Below are positions 1-15,715 of a stretch of DNA of 64,000 bases, piece by piece (the first letter of the stretch is position 1; every line of letters starts with the position of its first letter). The notes beneath the pieces were generated by a model. It was not told where the DNA came from, did no database searches, and saw only the letters and a program-made list of their open reading frames with translations. The translations under genes and the position numbers were made by a program. Location of the stretch: NCBI GenBank assembly GCA_951406725.2, contig OX597826.1:68510001-68574000 (forward strand), read 5' to 3'. Source of the DNA: Octopus vulgaris (Eukaryota).

Positions 1-174
1 TTTCACTTCTTTCACTCATTGGGCATACAAATATATATACATGGATTTACACACACACAAACACACACATACCACACAAATGAATATATATATATATGAA
101 TTAACAGATTTTGATAGACTGATAGATAGATAAACTGATTCAAATACACTATTATATATGCATATCTATTTATG

Positions 175-340
175 TATCTTTCTTTTCTTCTTTTTTTGCT
201 CTCTACATTTTTCTTTCCTCTCAAACCTTTCTGTTGAATAGCGTAGGCTTGAAACGTAAAAGATTGTTCTATTCCTCCCGAGGGTTGAACTAATACACCT
301 GGTTTTTGTTCCTACACCTGTCTTTGGCTTTTGTTCTCTC
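175..340 (+). mobile_element. Short element with degenerate hammerhead-like motif (227-262)
   Basis: cttt-CTGTTGA-atagc(gtag)gctt-GAAAC-GTA-aaag. Its tail (ctacacctgtctt) recurs inverted at 63950-64000. Confidence 0.45.
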
Positions 341-361
341 TCCCCCCATCTCTCTCAGCAG

Positions 362-403
<42 letters not shown>

Positions 404-1487
404 ATATAATAACATATATCATTTCACGTAATAATTATGCTCTTATAAATATGCTTGCTTGTGTAAATATATATACAAATTTATGACTGATTATATCTAT
501 TAGACAAGAGCATACATATGCCTGAGTAATACTTTTCATAGAATAGAATGCTACAATAGTGTGACTGGTTTTATTCTTATTTAGTAGAGCTCATCAGTAA
601 CAAACTATTGACTTTCATTCAGTCCTTGAATAAACTGCAGATCTAGTAATTACTGTTACAGATTTCACTAAGCCGGAAAATCCGATTTGAATAAATGGAG
701 CATTAGTAGCAGGTAAATCAATTAAATATTGTTGCCTTATGACATGGTAAGTTCCTTAATAGATGTGGTTATATATGTATTTCTTTACATAATTAATGTA
801 GACATGCAATCTCTGTTGGAATGCTTCAAATACGAATCAGCCCTCTCACAACGAGCTCCCATTTTCTGTCTGCGAAGCCATTGTATATATTTGTTTACTA
901 TTCTAGTATAGCTGCATACACAACCGGCCACGGTTTGTATTACTACGAGAGATGTAATTTATATTTTTATATATATATATATATATATTTATATATAGTT
1001 GTATATATATATGTATGCATATATATAAATATATATATATAAACATGTATATATATATATATATCTATATATATATATATAAATATATATATATATGTGC
1101 TGACCAAAGTTATACTTAGCACAAGCCTATATATCCACATTCACGTATGTCTTTGTGCGCGTTGTACGCATCTGTGTATCTATAAAATTAATGAGAACAA
1201 AAGAATGACAATAGAGGAGGAACAGGTTGTGAAGAATACTCTATATACGCATACACACACACATGCATACATACATACATACATACATACATACATACAT
1301 ACATACATAAATACTTGTATATTAGTATGTATACATGTAAATAGGTATGCGAAATAAATCAATAGATTGTTACAAATACCGTTTGAAATACATACATTAC
1401 CATTTATAAAGACATATAACGACGCACAGCCGCGCATACGAACATGTACACATGTCCATGTGTGCCTGAGTGTATGAGCGCACATGC

Positions 1488-1557
<70 letters not shown>

Positions 1558-2157
1558 TATATAGTCATGACACACACACACGTTTCCTGTTAACATGGAA
1601 CATGCAAAATGGCCGCACATACGAACAGGCTAGTCGATTACTGCACAGACACAAGCTTCAGAATTTGACTGGTTATTCTTCCTCATCGTTGATACATGAT
1701 CTGGTAACATAAATATGATGTTATTTCAATATAAAATATGTCTTCATAATTTACACCGCAGAATGTTTCCCATACATTCAATTTCGCTGTGCGTACTTGC
1801 AACTCTTTGGATATACACCTACAAATACATATACATACATACGCAGTCTGACACAGGCGTACAACTATTACTTTCAATGGATAATGCGGTATACACCTCG
1901 CTAGGCATTGTTTCTCATAGTTACATATATGCCTGTATAGTTACATACATATGTGCGAATGTCATAAATTACGAATTGATATAAATTATTATAGCTCTAA
2001 GCATAATACACATATAATATACGCTATATACGTGTGTATGGAATGGTGTGTGTGTGCGCGTGTGCATGTATGTATGCAGCTGCTCTTATAAGTATATATA
2101 CATATGTATACTATATATGTAAGAATATATATGTGTGTGAGTGTGTATGTGTGTGTA

Positions 2158-2201
<44 letters not shown>

Positions 2202-3036
2202 CATATATATATATGTGTGTATATACAGGTTCATATATATATATATATAAATATATCTATATATATATATGTATGTGTGTATGTATTAATATAATGCGGT
2301 TCATATGTTTGTGTGTGTGTGTGTGTGTGCGTTGGAGAGTTCGCACGTGTGTAATTCTCGCACTCTCTCTCTCTCTCTCTCAAACACATACATAGATATA
2401 GACTTAGACATTTCAATATATCTCGACTGGAATAATCTATGTCAAGTGAGTGATTGTTTGCATATAAGTCACTGAATGGTTCACGGTGACGATGACGACG
2501 ACGACGACGACGACGGTGCTGGAGGTACAGCTGCTGTAATGGAAAGGGTTCCGGTCAAGCGTATAAGTATATATATACATACACACACATACACACACAC
2601 ATATATATATAGTCAAAATAAGCAACAGGGATATCCAGAGGTAATGCAGTACGATCGTTTCATGCAACTCCATTTAATTGGACAATGCAATCATTGTAGC
2701 GAACCCCCATAATATCCTGTCGCAGTTTTATTGGACTGGGTGTTGTTGCAGAAGCGAATTGTTATCATCTTAGTCAGACGAGGTGTACAGTACTGAGAAG
2801 TAGCAGAAATAACCCGAAACCAGAACTGGTCTACTGGTCCCGTCACTAGGAGATGGTAGGAGTTGGCTCCCCTGCTCGCAATTTATTGGATACCGATGTC
2901 CTCTTGGGGTTAGAAAAACACAGTAGAGTCCGCTCGAACGGACTACAATGTTAAATTGGCTATGAATATTACTTACACACCACACACACACTCACACACA
3001 CACTCACAGACATACACACGCGCACACACACACGCG

Positions 3037-3090
<54 letters not shown>

Positions 3091-3659
3091 AAATGGGACA
3101 AGAACAGAAAATATCAGGACAGATAGGTGATACAAAAAGGGACAACAAAACACCCAGATAGACGATACAAAGGAAACAAAGATGGGTCATTCGAAGTTTT
3201 CTTTCTTAAGTCAAGCACTAGATTTTCCTCGCAATTTCGGCTGATTATTCTTGGGTTTGCTCCAATCTAGCCACCCCCAAGGAAAAACTAAGCTAAGAGC
3301 ATCAGATTTCTTGGAAGAAAGTAGCGAATGTATTCAAAAACAAGGACGGAAAAAAACGGACAATGTTACGCAAATATAAATTCAGTAAAAACAAATACAA
3401 TAGAAATAATAACAGGATGTAACAACAGGTGTCCTTCGACAAAGAACGAATTGAATTAAGCTGGCGCTTGTGGAAATGAATCCTTACGGCAGAGATACCA
3501 AAGTATCACAAACACAGGGGAAAATATCGATGTTGCACGAACAACGGTCAGACCAAGAAAGAAAGAGCAAGCTTGGCCGATCGGTTACATGGGAAGAGAA
3601 GAGAGAGAAGTACGAGTAGAGGGACATATACATACATACCTCAAGATAATCGACTCTCC

Positions 3660-3952
3660 CATCATCAGAAGACGTATGAGGTTTCAGCAACTTCTTGCTG
3701 CACAGTCACACTCATGATTTGTTAATAAAGATCAAATGTTTGTATTCACAGAAGCTCTCTGCCTCTCTCAAATCGGCATTACCTGTACAGGTGCACCGTG
3801 GTGTGCCACCACATGTCACGTGATGAAATGATCGCAGAGCAACGTGAGATGAAGTGCCTTGCTCAACAACACAACTCAACGCCCGGCATGGGTGTCGAAC
3901 CCACGATCTCGCAAGCGTGAGTGGAACAACCAAACCACTAATCCATACGCCT
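3660..3952 (-). mobile_element. tRNA-derived SINE related to family C at its head
   Basis: tggattagtgg...ggttcgacacc...ttgagcaaggcacttcatctcacgttgctc. Confidence 0.7.
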
Positions 3953-4754
3953 ATGTGTGTGTGTGCGCCACTGAATCCGAGAAATGCATGTATGTATGTA
4001 TGTGTGTATGTGCGTACGTATGCATACATGTATGTATGTATGTATGTATGTATGTATGTATGTATGTATGTATGCATGCATGTATGTATGTATGTATGTA
4101 TGTATGTATGTATGTATGTATGTATGTGTGTATGTATGTGTGTATGTGTGTATGTATGTATGCATGCATGTATGTATGTATGTGTGTATGTATGTATGTA
4201 TGTATGTATGTATGTATGTATGTATGTATGTATGTATGTGTGTATGTATGTATGTATGTATGTGTGTATATGTATGTAGTCTCGCCAGAATTAGAATCCC
4301 GATAAAGAAAAATCACGCAATACTAATATATGATATATTCTATTAAAACACTTCAAGCATCAACCCAGAAGGCGAGTGGCCCTAAAAATATTTATCCTTA
4401 CGAGAAATGAAATTGCAAATAAGAACAAGTAGAAACACAGCAGCGGAAGGTACAAAAGTCAAACAATCGACAAGCACATTCAACGCAAACATTAATCATC
4501 AGCTGCCTAGCGTTTATCATCGTACTTTTGACAGCTGAGAAGTACCATAAAATCCAGAGGTGTCAACAGCATTACAGTCTTAAACGCGGGCTGGGAATTG
4601 ATATCGAAGCACGACTGAAATTTTAGCGTAATGCATATGGATATATACATACAAGCCTACATACATACAGCATGCACATATACATACGCACAAATTCATA
4701 TGGATGTGCATGCATATCTGTAAAAATATGTGTCTGCACATATGTATAAATGGG

Positions 4755-4785
<31 letters not shown>

Positions 4786-4954
4786 ATATATATATATACA
4801 TACACACACACACACATATATATTTATACATATATATATATATATATATGCATGGGTGTATGTGTGTATGTTTGCACATATATGTATATTCATATGAACC
4901 TAAAGTTACGCATAGACATACAGAAGCATTTATAGATACATACGCATATATAGG

Positions 4955-5032
<78 letters not shown>

Positions 5033-5273
5033 TGCATGTATGTATATGTATATATAAATTCATACGAACATATATGCATACATACATATATATAGCGTCA
5101 CGTAAAATTTCATATTCGCTTAGATCGTATTTTAAGAAACTAAAATACGATTTTCTTTCAATTTACTACAGCTTCGTTTAAATAGATTCATTCATATGTC
5201 TGTAGGTTTGCTCATGTGTCTGTGCGTGTGTCTGCTTGTGTGCGAGTGTCCCTTTATATGTATATACATACAT

Positions 5274-5378
<105 letters not shown>

Positions 5379-5667
5379 TTTATTTATGTATTCTTATATA
5401 TGTGTATACCATACACACGTGCAGCTGATCACAGACGCACGTATGTACGCGGTAAATGTGGTAGCTGCAGTAATGTTGTTATTTAATGGACTGTCACTTT
5501 AGAGTCCAGTAATTTTCTAAATTGGCTGACGTCTCGCTGATGACCAGGAACAAGATAAGGAAACATGTCTCCCTTTGCGCGTCTGGAACTATGTGCTTTT
5601 TACCCCTCCACTATCCCTTCCTCTCCCTTTCTCTCCAATTTTCACAGACACACACGCACACACCGAC

Positions 5668-5766
<99 letters not shown>

Positions 5767-5817
5767 TATATGTTTATATGCAAGCATATATACATAGAAA
5801 CCTATATATATATATAC

Positions 5818-5875
<58 letters not shown>

Positions 5876-5885
5876 ATTTACATAC

Positions 5886-5952
<67 letters not shown>

Positions 5953-6044
5953 TATATGTATTTACATATAGTGATATATGTCTGTGTTGCGCCTATATAC
6001 CATGTCTCATATTTTCTGCATTCTCTTTCCTCTCTCTCTCTCTC

Positions 6045-6087
<43 letters not shown>

Positions 6088-6657
6088 TTCTCAGTCTATC
6101 TATCTGTCTAACTATCTATCCACCGCATTTACTCTTCCATAACTGTCTCAATAACTATTTATCTAGACCGCTGCAAATGCAATTCCTTCTAGGCAATCGT
6201 TAATACATAATCACACGCGCATGTTGACCCTTGTACACCTCCATACACACACATATACATTGAGAGAAGCATCTACACATGCACATCACTCTCCCTGCTC
6301 TCTCTCTCTTTCTCTCTGACTTTATATTTGTATACGCCTACAGAAGTTCTACATGCTCAAAGTAACTGTATTTTTCTATACATTCCCATGCATGCATTTA
6401 GTTGAATTCAAAGTCAGGTATATAAAAATATATGTATGTATATAGAATGCCTGCCAGCCAGCCAGAGAGCCAAGGTGACAGATCAATTGATAAATAGGCA
6501 GACAGTCCGACAGATATTCGAAGAAAATGGGGAAAAGTCGGATTAACTGAATATCAAACGCATACAGTGACACCTTAATACAGAAATATGCAAACATGTA
6601 CAGTTGTGCACTAACAAAAATACATAAGCACGCAAGCAAACACACACATACGTACAT

Positions 6658-6712
<55 letters not shown>

Positions 6713-6849
6713 TATATATATGTGTGTATGTTGTATATATATATATATATATGAATGTGAGTACATATACATATATATATATATATGTCTGTGTGTATAT
6801 ATATACATATACATACGTATATACGTATATATATATATACGTATATACG

Positions 6850-6940
<91 letters not shown>

Positions 6941-7356
6941 ATATATATATATACATATAGCTAATCATATATATATATAATTGATATGTGTGTGTGAATG
7001 TGTTTGTACGTGTATGCATATATATATATATATATATAATCACAGACACACTCTCACGAATTGGCATACAGACCATATTCAATGTATATAGATGTAACCA
7101 CATATATACACAACCATGCTTACTCACATACTTTGGCTATAAATCTTTCAACACCATTCATTAATTCTATTTACTTTCTCTAAATTTATCTTTACATAGC
7201 CTTCCTACATTTATTTCTCCAAATATCTATATATCATCTAATTATCTCTATCACTCTCTCCTCACTCTGTCATGCTATCTCTCTCCCTCCATCTATCTAT
7301 CTATCTATCTATCTGTCTGTCTATCTATCTATCTATCTATCTACCCATCTATCTAT

Positions 7357-7479
7357 CTGTCTGTCTGTCTATCTATATATGCATACATAATAAAACCTAT
7401 TTCTCATTACATACATACTTTCAAATGTACATGCATATATAAATATATACCTATCTACCTACCTACCCATTTATCTATC

Positions 7480-7545
<66 letters not shown>

Positions 7546-7708
7546 ATATCTATCTATCTATCTATCTATATATCTATCCATCTATCTACCTGTCTGTCTG
7601 TCTATCTATACATGCATACATAATAAAACCTATTTCTCATTACATACATACTTTCAAACATACATGCATATATAAATATATACCTAGCTACCTACCCATT
7701 TGTCTATC

Positions 7709-7710
<2 letters not shown>
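7357..7710 (+). repeat. Direct duplication of about 125 bp separated by (TCTA)n
   Basis: tgcatacataataaaacctatttctcattacatacatactttcaaa...cctacccattt at about 7380 and about 7612. Confidence 0.85.
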
Positions 7711-7774
<64 letters not shown>

Positions 7775-7848
7775 TTACCTATTTATCTATCTGTACCTAT
7801 GTATATATGTAAGTGTGTGTATGTGTGTACGTATGTATATATATGTAA

Positions 7849-7917
<69 letters not shown>

Positions 7918-9229
7918 GTATGTCTCTCTGTTTAACTGCCTCTCTATGCAACCATTTATGAATCTACCTATTTATCTATCTATGTATCTATCTGTATGTA
8001 TATATTCATATAAATATATATATATATGTGTGTGTTTACGTTTGTGTGTGCGTGTGTGTGTGTGTGTGCGTTTGTGCGCGTGTGTATATAAATACACACA
8101 CACATAAACACACATACGCATACACGTGCCAGTATCTATCATGTAACGTGTGTGATTAAATCACAAATCGTAATTTAAAATCGATAATGTAATTGTCTGT
8201 CGTAGTAAATTTCAGGAACTTCACTTTATTAGTGAATGGTTTAATAAAAGAGCAACGTAGGTATTCTTTGAAGATTTCGCATTTCCTTTTCGATTTTCCT
8301 GACTGTCATCTTCAGAGAAACTCTTTGAAATTATTGATATATGGAACGTAAACATATTTTCGATAATAGCATGAGAACTAAAAGACCATTGGCTTCATAG
8401 GTATGTTTCAATTCACAGCCATTTCAGTTGTATGTGTGTATCGACCCCCCCACTGAAACGTGGAAGGACGCCCTGGATAATGTAGTCTTTGATAATGTAA
8501 GTCTGCATGAAAAATGAGACGGTCACGGCTGGAAGTCGTTTGAACATTGGCGACATGCTGACATGCTGACCTATGGGTAAATAGAAGCTGAAACGGAAAC
8601 GAACATGGAATAAAGCGTGAGGAAATTAAATGCAAGTTTCTTAAGATCCAACTGAACAATTAAATTGTAACTTGCTACTTTGAATTTCAATACAAAGAGA
8701 AAAACCTTTGTGACTCAAACATCTTTAGTGCATGGACTCTTATATTTACAAAGAAATAGCAACATTCATTGTCATTTACGAAAACTACTGCTCAATTCAT
8801 CATATCTTTACAGAAGCCATCAATCTCTCGATGTTCTTCACTTTCAGTGTTATTTGAACAAAGAAAATATTCCATGATTCAAACAACACTACTACAACAA
8901 TATCAACATAAAAAAAAAGAAAATATACTCAGCTATTCATGAGAATTACTGGTTAATTCATCATATCTATATCGACATCATCGATCTGTTGATGTCCCTT
9001 ACATGTCTTTGCTACAGAATTCAGATTCAACAAGCATTTCTCTGCTTCTCTCTCCTATAACACATTCCCATCTTTTTTTTTTTCTTGCTATGTTTATGAA
9101 AGCCGTTCAAGATCCTAACACGTATTCTTTTTAAAAGCCAGCATCAACTAACCACATTATTTCCACCCCAAATATTGTGAATGTTATGTCAAAGGCGACG
9201 TCAATATTCCATTGGTTCTACAATAGTGT

Positions 9230-9465
9230 AGAAGGCAGTGAGCTGGCAGAAACGTTAGCACGCCAGGCGAAATGCGCAGCAGTATTTTGTCTGCCGTTAC
9301 GTTCTGTGTTCAAATTCCGCCGAGGTCGACTTTGCCTTTCATCCTTTCGGGGTCGATAAATTAAGTACCAGTTACGCACTGGGGTCGATGTAATGGACTT
9401 GATCAGTTTGTCTGTCCGTGTTTGTCTCCTCTGTGTTTAGCCCCTTGTGGGTAGTAACGAAATAC
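9230..9465 (+). mobile_element. tRNA-derived SINE family A, monomer with 15-bp target-site duplication
   Basis: A box gagctggcagaa, B box gttcaaattcc, core gtcgactttgcctttcatcctttcggggtcgat. TSD gttctaca(a/t)tagtgt at 9215-9229 and 9466-9480. Confidence 0.9.
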
Positions 9466-10284
9466 GTTCTACATTAGTGTTTAACAAAAACTATCAAGGG
9501 ACTGAGTAACTATAGCGTATATGGCTCGTGGTTGTTTGGTGACCTTGATGGAGTTGATTGATATTCAGTTTAAAGTTTTGTATGTTAAGGTGAGAAGAAA
9601 GGAAATTTCAATCCATTGATTTAAAAATGGAATTCTCGAAAAATATAGATTCCAAAATTTAAAAATGCAGCACATTGCAAAATTAAAAAAAAAAAAACAG
9701 CAGGATCCTAGTGACTAACCCAATACTATTAAATTTCATTCAATTTTGAAAAAAGGGAAAATCGGACAGAACTTATGGGATGACCTGATAAAAGCCAGAA
9801 TACAAAATACATAAATATCTTAGGCATAGCAAATGAGAAAAGATGAGATATTAACGTGTTATAAACTTGAAACCTACTAGATTAAAACTTGCTATGTGTA
9901 TGAATGTATGTATGTATAATATAATAAAACAGTTTTTTCCCCCGTATATGAGCTAGAGATTAATAAAATTTGGTACCCGATAAAAATTGCAGATATTTCT
10001 CTTAAAACATTCACACAAGCAAATTCACAATTCATATTTCAATATCCGCTCAGAGCAAGCTCTGATCGGCATGGGGCTGATTGTGGGCTGGTAGTGGTAG
10101 ATAGTTACCCCCATGGCGCTTTGAATGAAAGGGAAGTCTTATTTTTGCCGGCTGAGTGGTCTGCAACAACATGAAATAGAATATCTTGCTGAAGGACACA
10201 ACGCGTCACTTGTGATCGAACTCACGAACTTATAATCTTGACCCGACTATCCTAACCACTGAGCCACGTGGCAAAATATTATTT

Positions 10285-10592
10285 TTTATTCTAGGCGCAA
10301 GACCCGAAATTATGTTGGAGGGGGCCAGTCGATTAGATCGACCACAGTACACAACTGGTGCTTAATTTATCGACCCCGAAAGGATTAAAAGTAAAGTCGA
10401 CCTCGGCGGAATTTGAACTCAAAACATAAAGACAGACAAAAATATTTATTTTTTTCTTGCCTACATGGGGCTAAATATACAGGGGACAAACAAGGACAGA
10501 CAATTAAGTCGATTACATCGACCCCGTGCAAAACTCGTATTTAGTTAATCGATACCGAAACGATAAAAGGCAAATTCGGCTTGGGCGAAATT
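10285..10592 (-). mobile_element. SINE family A, decayed dimer
   Basis: Two copies of the family A core on the minus strand. Confidence 0.75.
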
Positions 10593-11079
10593 TCACGTGG
10601 AAGAAATATTGCTAATACAATGAACAGGTCAATCTACTAAGCAGAAGTGTCCTTGTCGTAGCTTGAATCATACTTATTAGTGATCTTTCAAAGCATATAG
10701 TTCTATGTAACTTTAATTTAGCTTTTGCATAGAAGCACATTTACGCGATTCCTGTATGTAGGCGTCTATACACAGCGCTATGTTTATTTAAAAGACTGAA
10801 GAAAATTTGATTTCTGAAAACTGTATTTATGTTAACACATTTCAGCATATTTATTTTTCTGTGTAAACATCCTCTTCGTATTAGAATAGAATGTGAAGCA
10901 AGATACTTATAACTATATTGCTATAATACTCGAAACGTTCTCTGTCTAGACAATAATCTACCTTCTTTACAGGCATACACACGTTCACATAGAAAATATG
11001 TACATATATATATATTGTGTGAGCATATGTTCGTTTCTGTATATGTATATATATATGTATATATTTCAAAATGTGACCT

Positions 11080-11275
11080 CGTGTGTACCGTTGGCGAATT
11101 TTTTCCTCTGTCTTCCCTTCTCTGGATCTTTCCTTCTCCTATGTTTCCGACGAAGAGCTCCGCTCGAAACGTTTAACCCTCCTTCTTTCCTTCTTTCCTG
11201 AGCGTCCAATAAAACTATATTTGTTCCACGTCCTCACGTTGTTGTGTTTTTTTGTGCTTTCTTGTTTGGATTAAC
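11080..11275 (+). mobile_element. Short (TA)n-flanked element with hammerhead-like motif (11143-11177); homologous to 63735-63940
   Basis: gttt-CCGACGA-a-gagc(tcc)gctc-GAAAC-GTT. Shares body sequence (cctgagc, ccacgt..cgttgttgt) and the tttggatta end with 63735-63940. Confidence 0.6.
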
Positions 11276-11315
<40 letters not shown>

Positions 11316-11352
11316 TATACATATATATACATATACATATACATATACATAT

Positions 11353-11455
<103 letters not shown>

Positions 11456-11461
11456 TACAGA

Positions 11462-11650
11462 TACGAATGGGTGCTGGAAAGTTCCTGGCTTTGCGTAGGA
11501 GAAAATACAAGGTCAGTTAATTATCATTTTATTCAACATATTCAATTCTCACATAACACTTGTATTGCAGCGGCCCTTCAATTTTTCTAAACTCTGTAAA
11601 AGAACTCGGTATATTGGGCCTCCAACCAGGCCTTTCGAGATATATCGAAG
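11462..11650 (-). mobile_element. Mariner-derived MITE
   Basis: tacgaatgggtgctggaaagttcctggc terminus; interior is the reverse complement of 39050-39190. Confidence 0.6.
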
Positions 11651-11658
11651 ACACTGCG

Positions 11659-11742
<84 letters not shown>

Positions 11743-12514
11743 CGTTAGTATAGGTTAAGGCACTTGTGAACATGACAGGAGAAATGAACGAGTAGGAGAA
11801 AATGACAATTGAGAAATGAGCAATTACTGGTTGAGAAACGAAAAACAAAAGATGAAGAATGAAAATATATAAGTAAATAAATAAATAAAGGGAAAAAATA
11901 AAAAGCTGAGGCAGTGTGAAAGAGTGAGATTTTAATAGTTTACATGATTGCATGAATCAGTGAGGGGACATTTGGAAATCTGCGTTTTAAATTCCAGAAA
12001 ATTCTATGACAGAGTTAACAAACCTTACGCATATAAAGGACAGTTCAACAAACCACCTACCGCAAAAGATCGCTTCGACAACAAGATTGGTAGGTTGAGA
12101 ATACACCAGCACATTACATTAAATATTAACTATGTTTTGTCTAATTTGCTACATTTCACTTGATTTGTGAATCTATGTGATATTCTGTTCATACTCAACT
12201 TGGAAACATTTTAATTCGACTTCAATTCAGTAAACGGATAAACACTCAAGTAGCGACACTTGATGTGACATAGATGCAGAAACATATCTGCAGACAATGG
12301 TAAGAACGTTTTCCGTTTATTTAATATAGCCAACTTCATTTCAGCTGGATATTAACATTCACCGTGTTCTAGTAAAAACTAATTAATATTACTCCACAAG
12401 AGAAAGAAAATCGGTAAGTAACCACGCTATTCTTAAACAAGAGACGAAAAGAATAAAAGGAAATGACATAGCGATTGACAGCAGTCTGTGTATGTGTGTG
12501 CTTGTGTTTGTGTG

Positions 12515-12618
<104 letters not shown>

Positions 12619-13430
12619 AATTGTTGTGTATATAAGACTAATGATTATTATGGTAGGAAAAGAAAAAAAAATGTTATTTTCTCACACTAGAATTATAAAG
12701 AAAAGAACTTGAGAATGAACTTGGAATCATTAAGGTAATTTATTTACATTTATTTCACCGACTTCAAGTTTTAATCATTTTGGAAAATAATGATATGGAG
12801 ATATCTGGAGCTGCGCCGAAGTTGTTCTCGATTCTGACAGGAGTTTCAGCTTTGTTACTATCATATGGAGAGATTAAGATTCAAATTGACGTAAGTTATG
12901 ATACCTCTCGATTAGTTGGAGACAGGCAATCGATTAGGCATAGACAGAATTTGCCTAAGTGTCCATGTATTTCGAGTGTTAAGGCCATGTTGTATAAATA
13001 ACAATCGCGTGTCGATGTAAAAGATCACGCAACAGTATACACAATAGATATGCAGAGAGTGAAGGATTTGTAAAGCCTGAGAATGCATCACGTAATTGTA
13101 TATAAAAACAGGTTACCTAATTAGATAGATATAACGGAGAAGTTTGCTTGCTTGCATGCTAGCGATAGTACGTCAAGTACTTATTTCCAAGTGGTTGCCT
13201 ACAATGTGCATCCGTGTATGTTGGTAGAGATATGTGGATACATATGTGTGTGTCTATTTATATATGTATATAAGGAGCAAATATTCAGGAGTGAATATAT
13301 TTATAGAGATATCATATTGCGATGTGTTCGTCCCAGTACTGTTGATTCTGTTGTTATCTTCCTTGTTATCTTTCGGTGAACGAGGATTTCAACTCCTATC
13401 TCTAGTAGGCAGGCGCATTCGTGTGCCCTA

Positions 13431-13503
<73 letters not shown>

Positions 13504-13547
13504 TATGAAAGAATCGAGTTGAACGACGAATTAACAAAATTCCTTTA

Positions 13548-13630
13548 TTTTCGACATATATTTCGAAGGCTGCATATTCCTAATTGCGAAGGAATAAGGA
13601 GTCTATTATGCCGCTTTCTCACCAGGAAAA
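13548..13630 (-). ncRNA. Hammerhead-like motif with long stem II (one core substitution)
   Basis: Minus strand: ttttc-CTGGTGA-gaaagcggcata...tatgcagccttc-GAAA-t(atat)g-TC-gaaaa. 5-bp stem I, GUC triplet, palindromic loop III. The host element (about 13500-13805) has (TA)n on both sides. Confidence 0.6.
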
Positions 13631-13802
13631 GCAAGGAACTTATGTCAACATCAAGATGCACAAAAAACTTTTAGATACATACAAATTCCACAAATTTCCA
13701 CACGAAAGCACGTAACTTCAAACGTGTCTTCTCTGATGTGAATTTGCTACCCAGGTATCGGTTAACCGAATTATCCATAACAAGATAATTCATTAAACTA
13801 CT

Positions 13803-13839
<37 letters not shown>

Positions 13840-14654
13840 TATGTATGTGTGTATATGTATGCATATATGTATTCTTATGTAAGTATGCGTGTGTATATAT
13901 ATATATATATGTGTGTTTATCAAATATTTTTTAAGTTGGCTTCAAGCGGATAATCCAGTTATCACCTCTACCTCCATTATAGTAGGTTTTAATTGTAATC
14001 CAGTATATTCTAAACATTTCGCTCCATCAGGTCTCCTGTTTGAGGAAACTCGCTAGTTTTCTTATTACGCTGTGTCTTGTCTAACGAATACATAGTACAT
14101 ACACCCCATATTTAAAACATTCTGGAGAGCGGGTTCGATTATAAATCAATAACCAAGCATGGCAATTAATGTGGTGTAGAAGGGCACTTTGCAGCCAAGT
14201 TGTTTCTGGTTCAGTACCTTTTACTATACACCCGGACCAACCAGTGCCTTGTGAATGAATTTGGTAGATAGAAACTGAACAGAAGCCCGTTATTTATATG
14301 CATATGTGCACGTTTGTGTTTTAGACCATACCTCTTCTTTTCAGTTTCTGTTGACTTTTTTAAGTCCTCATACAATCTTTTCTACTCTAGGCACAAGGCC
14401 CAAAATATTGGGGTAGGGGGCAGTCGATTAGATCGACCCCAGTACGCAACTGGTACTTATCTTAGCGACACCGAAAGGTGCTGGAGCCGCGTGTAGCTTA
14501 GATGTTTCGCGCATGAAAACACACATCGCCCGGTTTGAGATTCGAACCAGCTGCTCTAACCACTAAGCCATGTGTCTCCACACGTTTTATAAAATAGATA
14601 ATAATAATTATCAGTGAAAATCTATGGTCAGCCTGTTCTATTCGATTATCTTTT

Positions 14655-15083
14655 TTTCTACTCTAGGCACAAGCCCGGAAATTTCGGGGGATGGGTTTGT
14701 TCAATTAGACCGACCCCAGTGCGTAACTGGTACTTAATTTAACGACACCAGAAGGATGAAAGGCAAAGTCGACCTCGGCGGAATCTGAATCCAGAACGCA
14801 CGGACAGACGAAATACTGCTAAGCAATTCACCAGGCATGCTAACGTTTCTTATATCTTTACTACCGACAAGGGGCTAAACACAGAGGAGACAAGCAAGGA
14901 CAGAGAAACGGATTAAGTCAATTACATCGACCCCAGTGCGTAACTGGTACTTAATTTATCGATCCCGAAAGGATGAAGGGCAAAGTCGACCTCGGCAGAA
15001 TTTGAACTCAGAACGTAACGGCAGACGTAATACGGCTACGCATTTCGCCCAGTGTGCTAACCTTTCTGCCAGCTCACCGCCTT
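14655..15083 (-). mobile_element. SINE family A dimer
   Basis: Two tandem units; head ggcggtgagctggcagaa at about 15080. Confidence 0.85.
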
Positions 15084-15620
15084 AAAGCCCTCATAGATTA
15101 ACGGGTCGGAAAAAGGGACCAATAGAATGAGAACATGTTATAGAAGAACATATACAGTGCTTGATTTGTTCGACTACACACTGCAAGGCGGTGCCCAAAG
15201 TTGGCAAGATTCCAGTGACTGAGACAAGTAAAAGATAAAATGATAAAAGATAAAAGATGTCTACATGAGTTCCTTTTCTATTGTCGCAAATCTTGAGTTT
15301 CTCCTTTCCCCTCGTCCCAACCCCAATCTCGGACACCCCGAAAAGGGTCATCAGGGTTGCCCTCTCTTCTCTGACTAAGCCATAAAAAAAGTTTCGTGAG
15401 ACAGATTTTAATTATAAAGTAATATGTTTTTTCATGCATTATCTCTGCTAGTTTTAATCGAAAGTTTTAATGTAATAAATTCGAAGGTGATCGTACTAAA
15501 CAGAACACTAGAGTGGAAAAGAAGAAAAAAAAAGTTAATGACGTTTAGAATGCGCTGCAGGAAATTAGACAGTGAAGATGGAAAACAAGATTACTACAAT
15601 TACTGTTATGCGAAATTAGC

Positions 15621-15683
<63 letters not shown>

Positions 15684-15684
15684 G

Positions 15685-15715
<31 letters not shown>

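Noticed and set aside
5530-5575. CTGATGA...GAAACatGTC hammerhead-like string
   Set aside because: No convincing stem I or stem II pairing.
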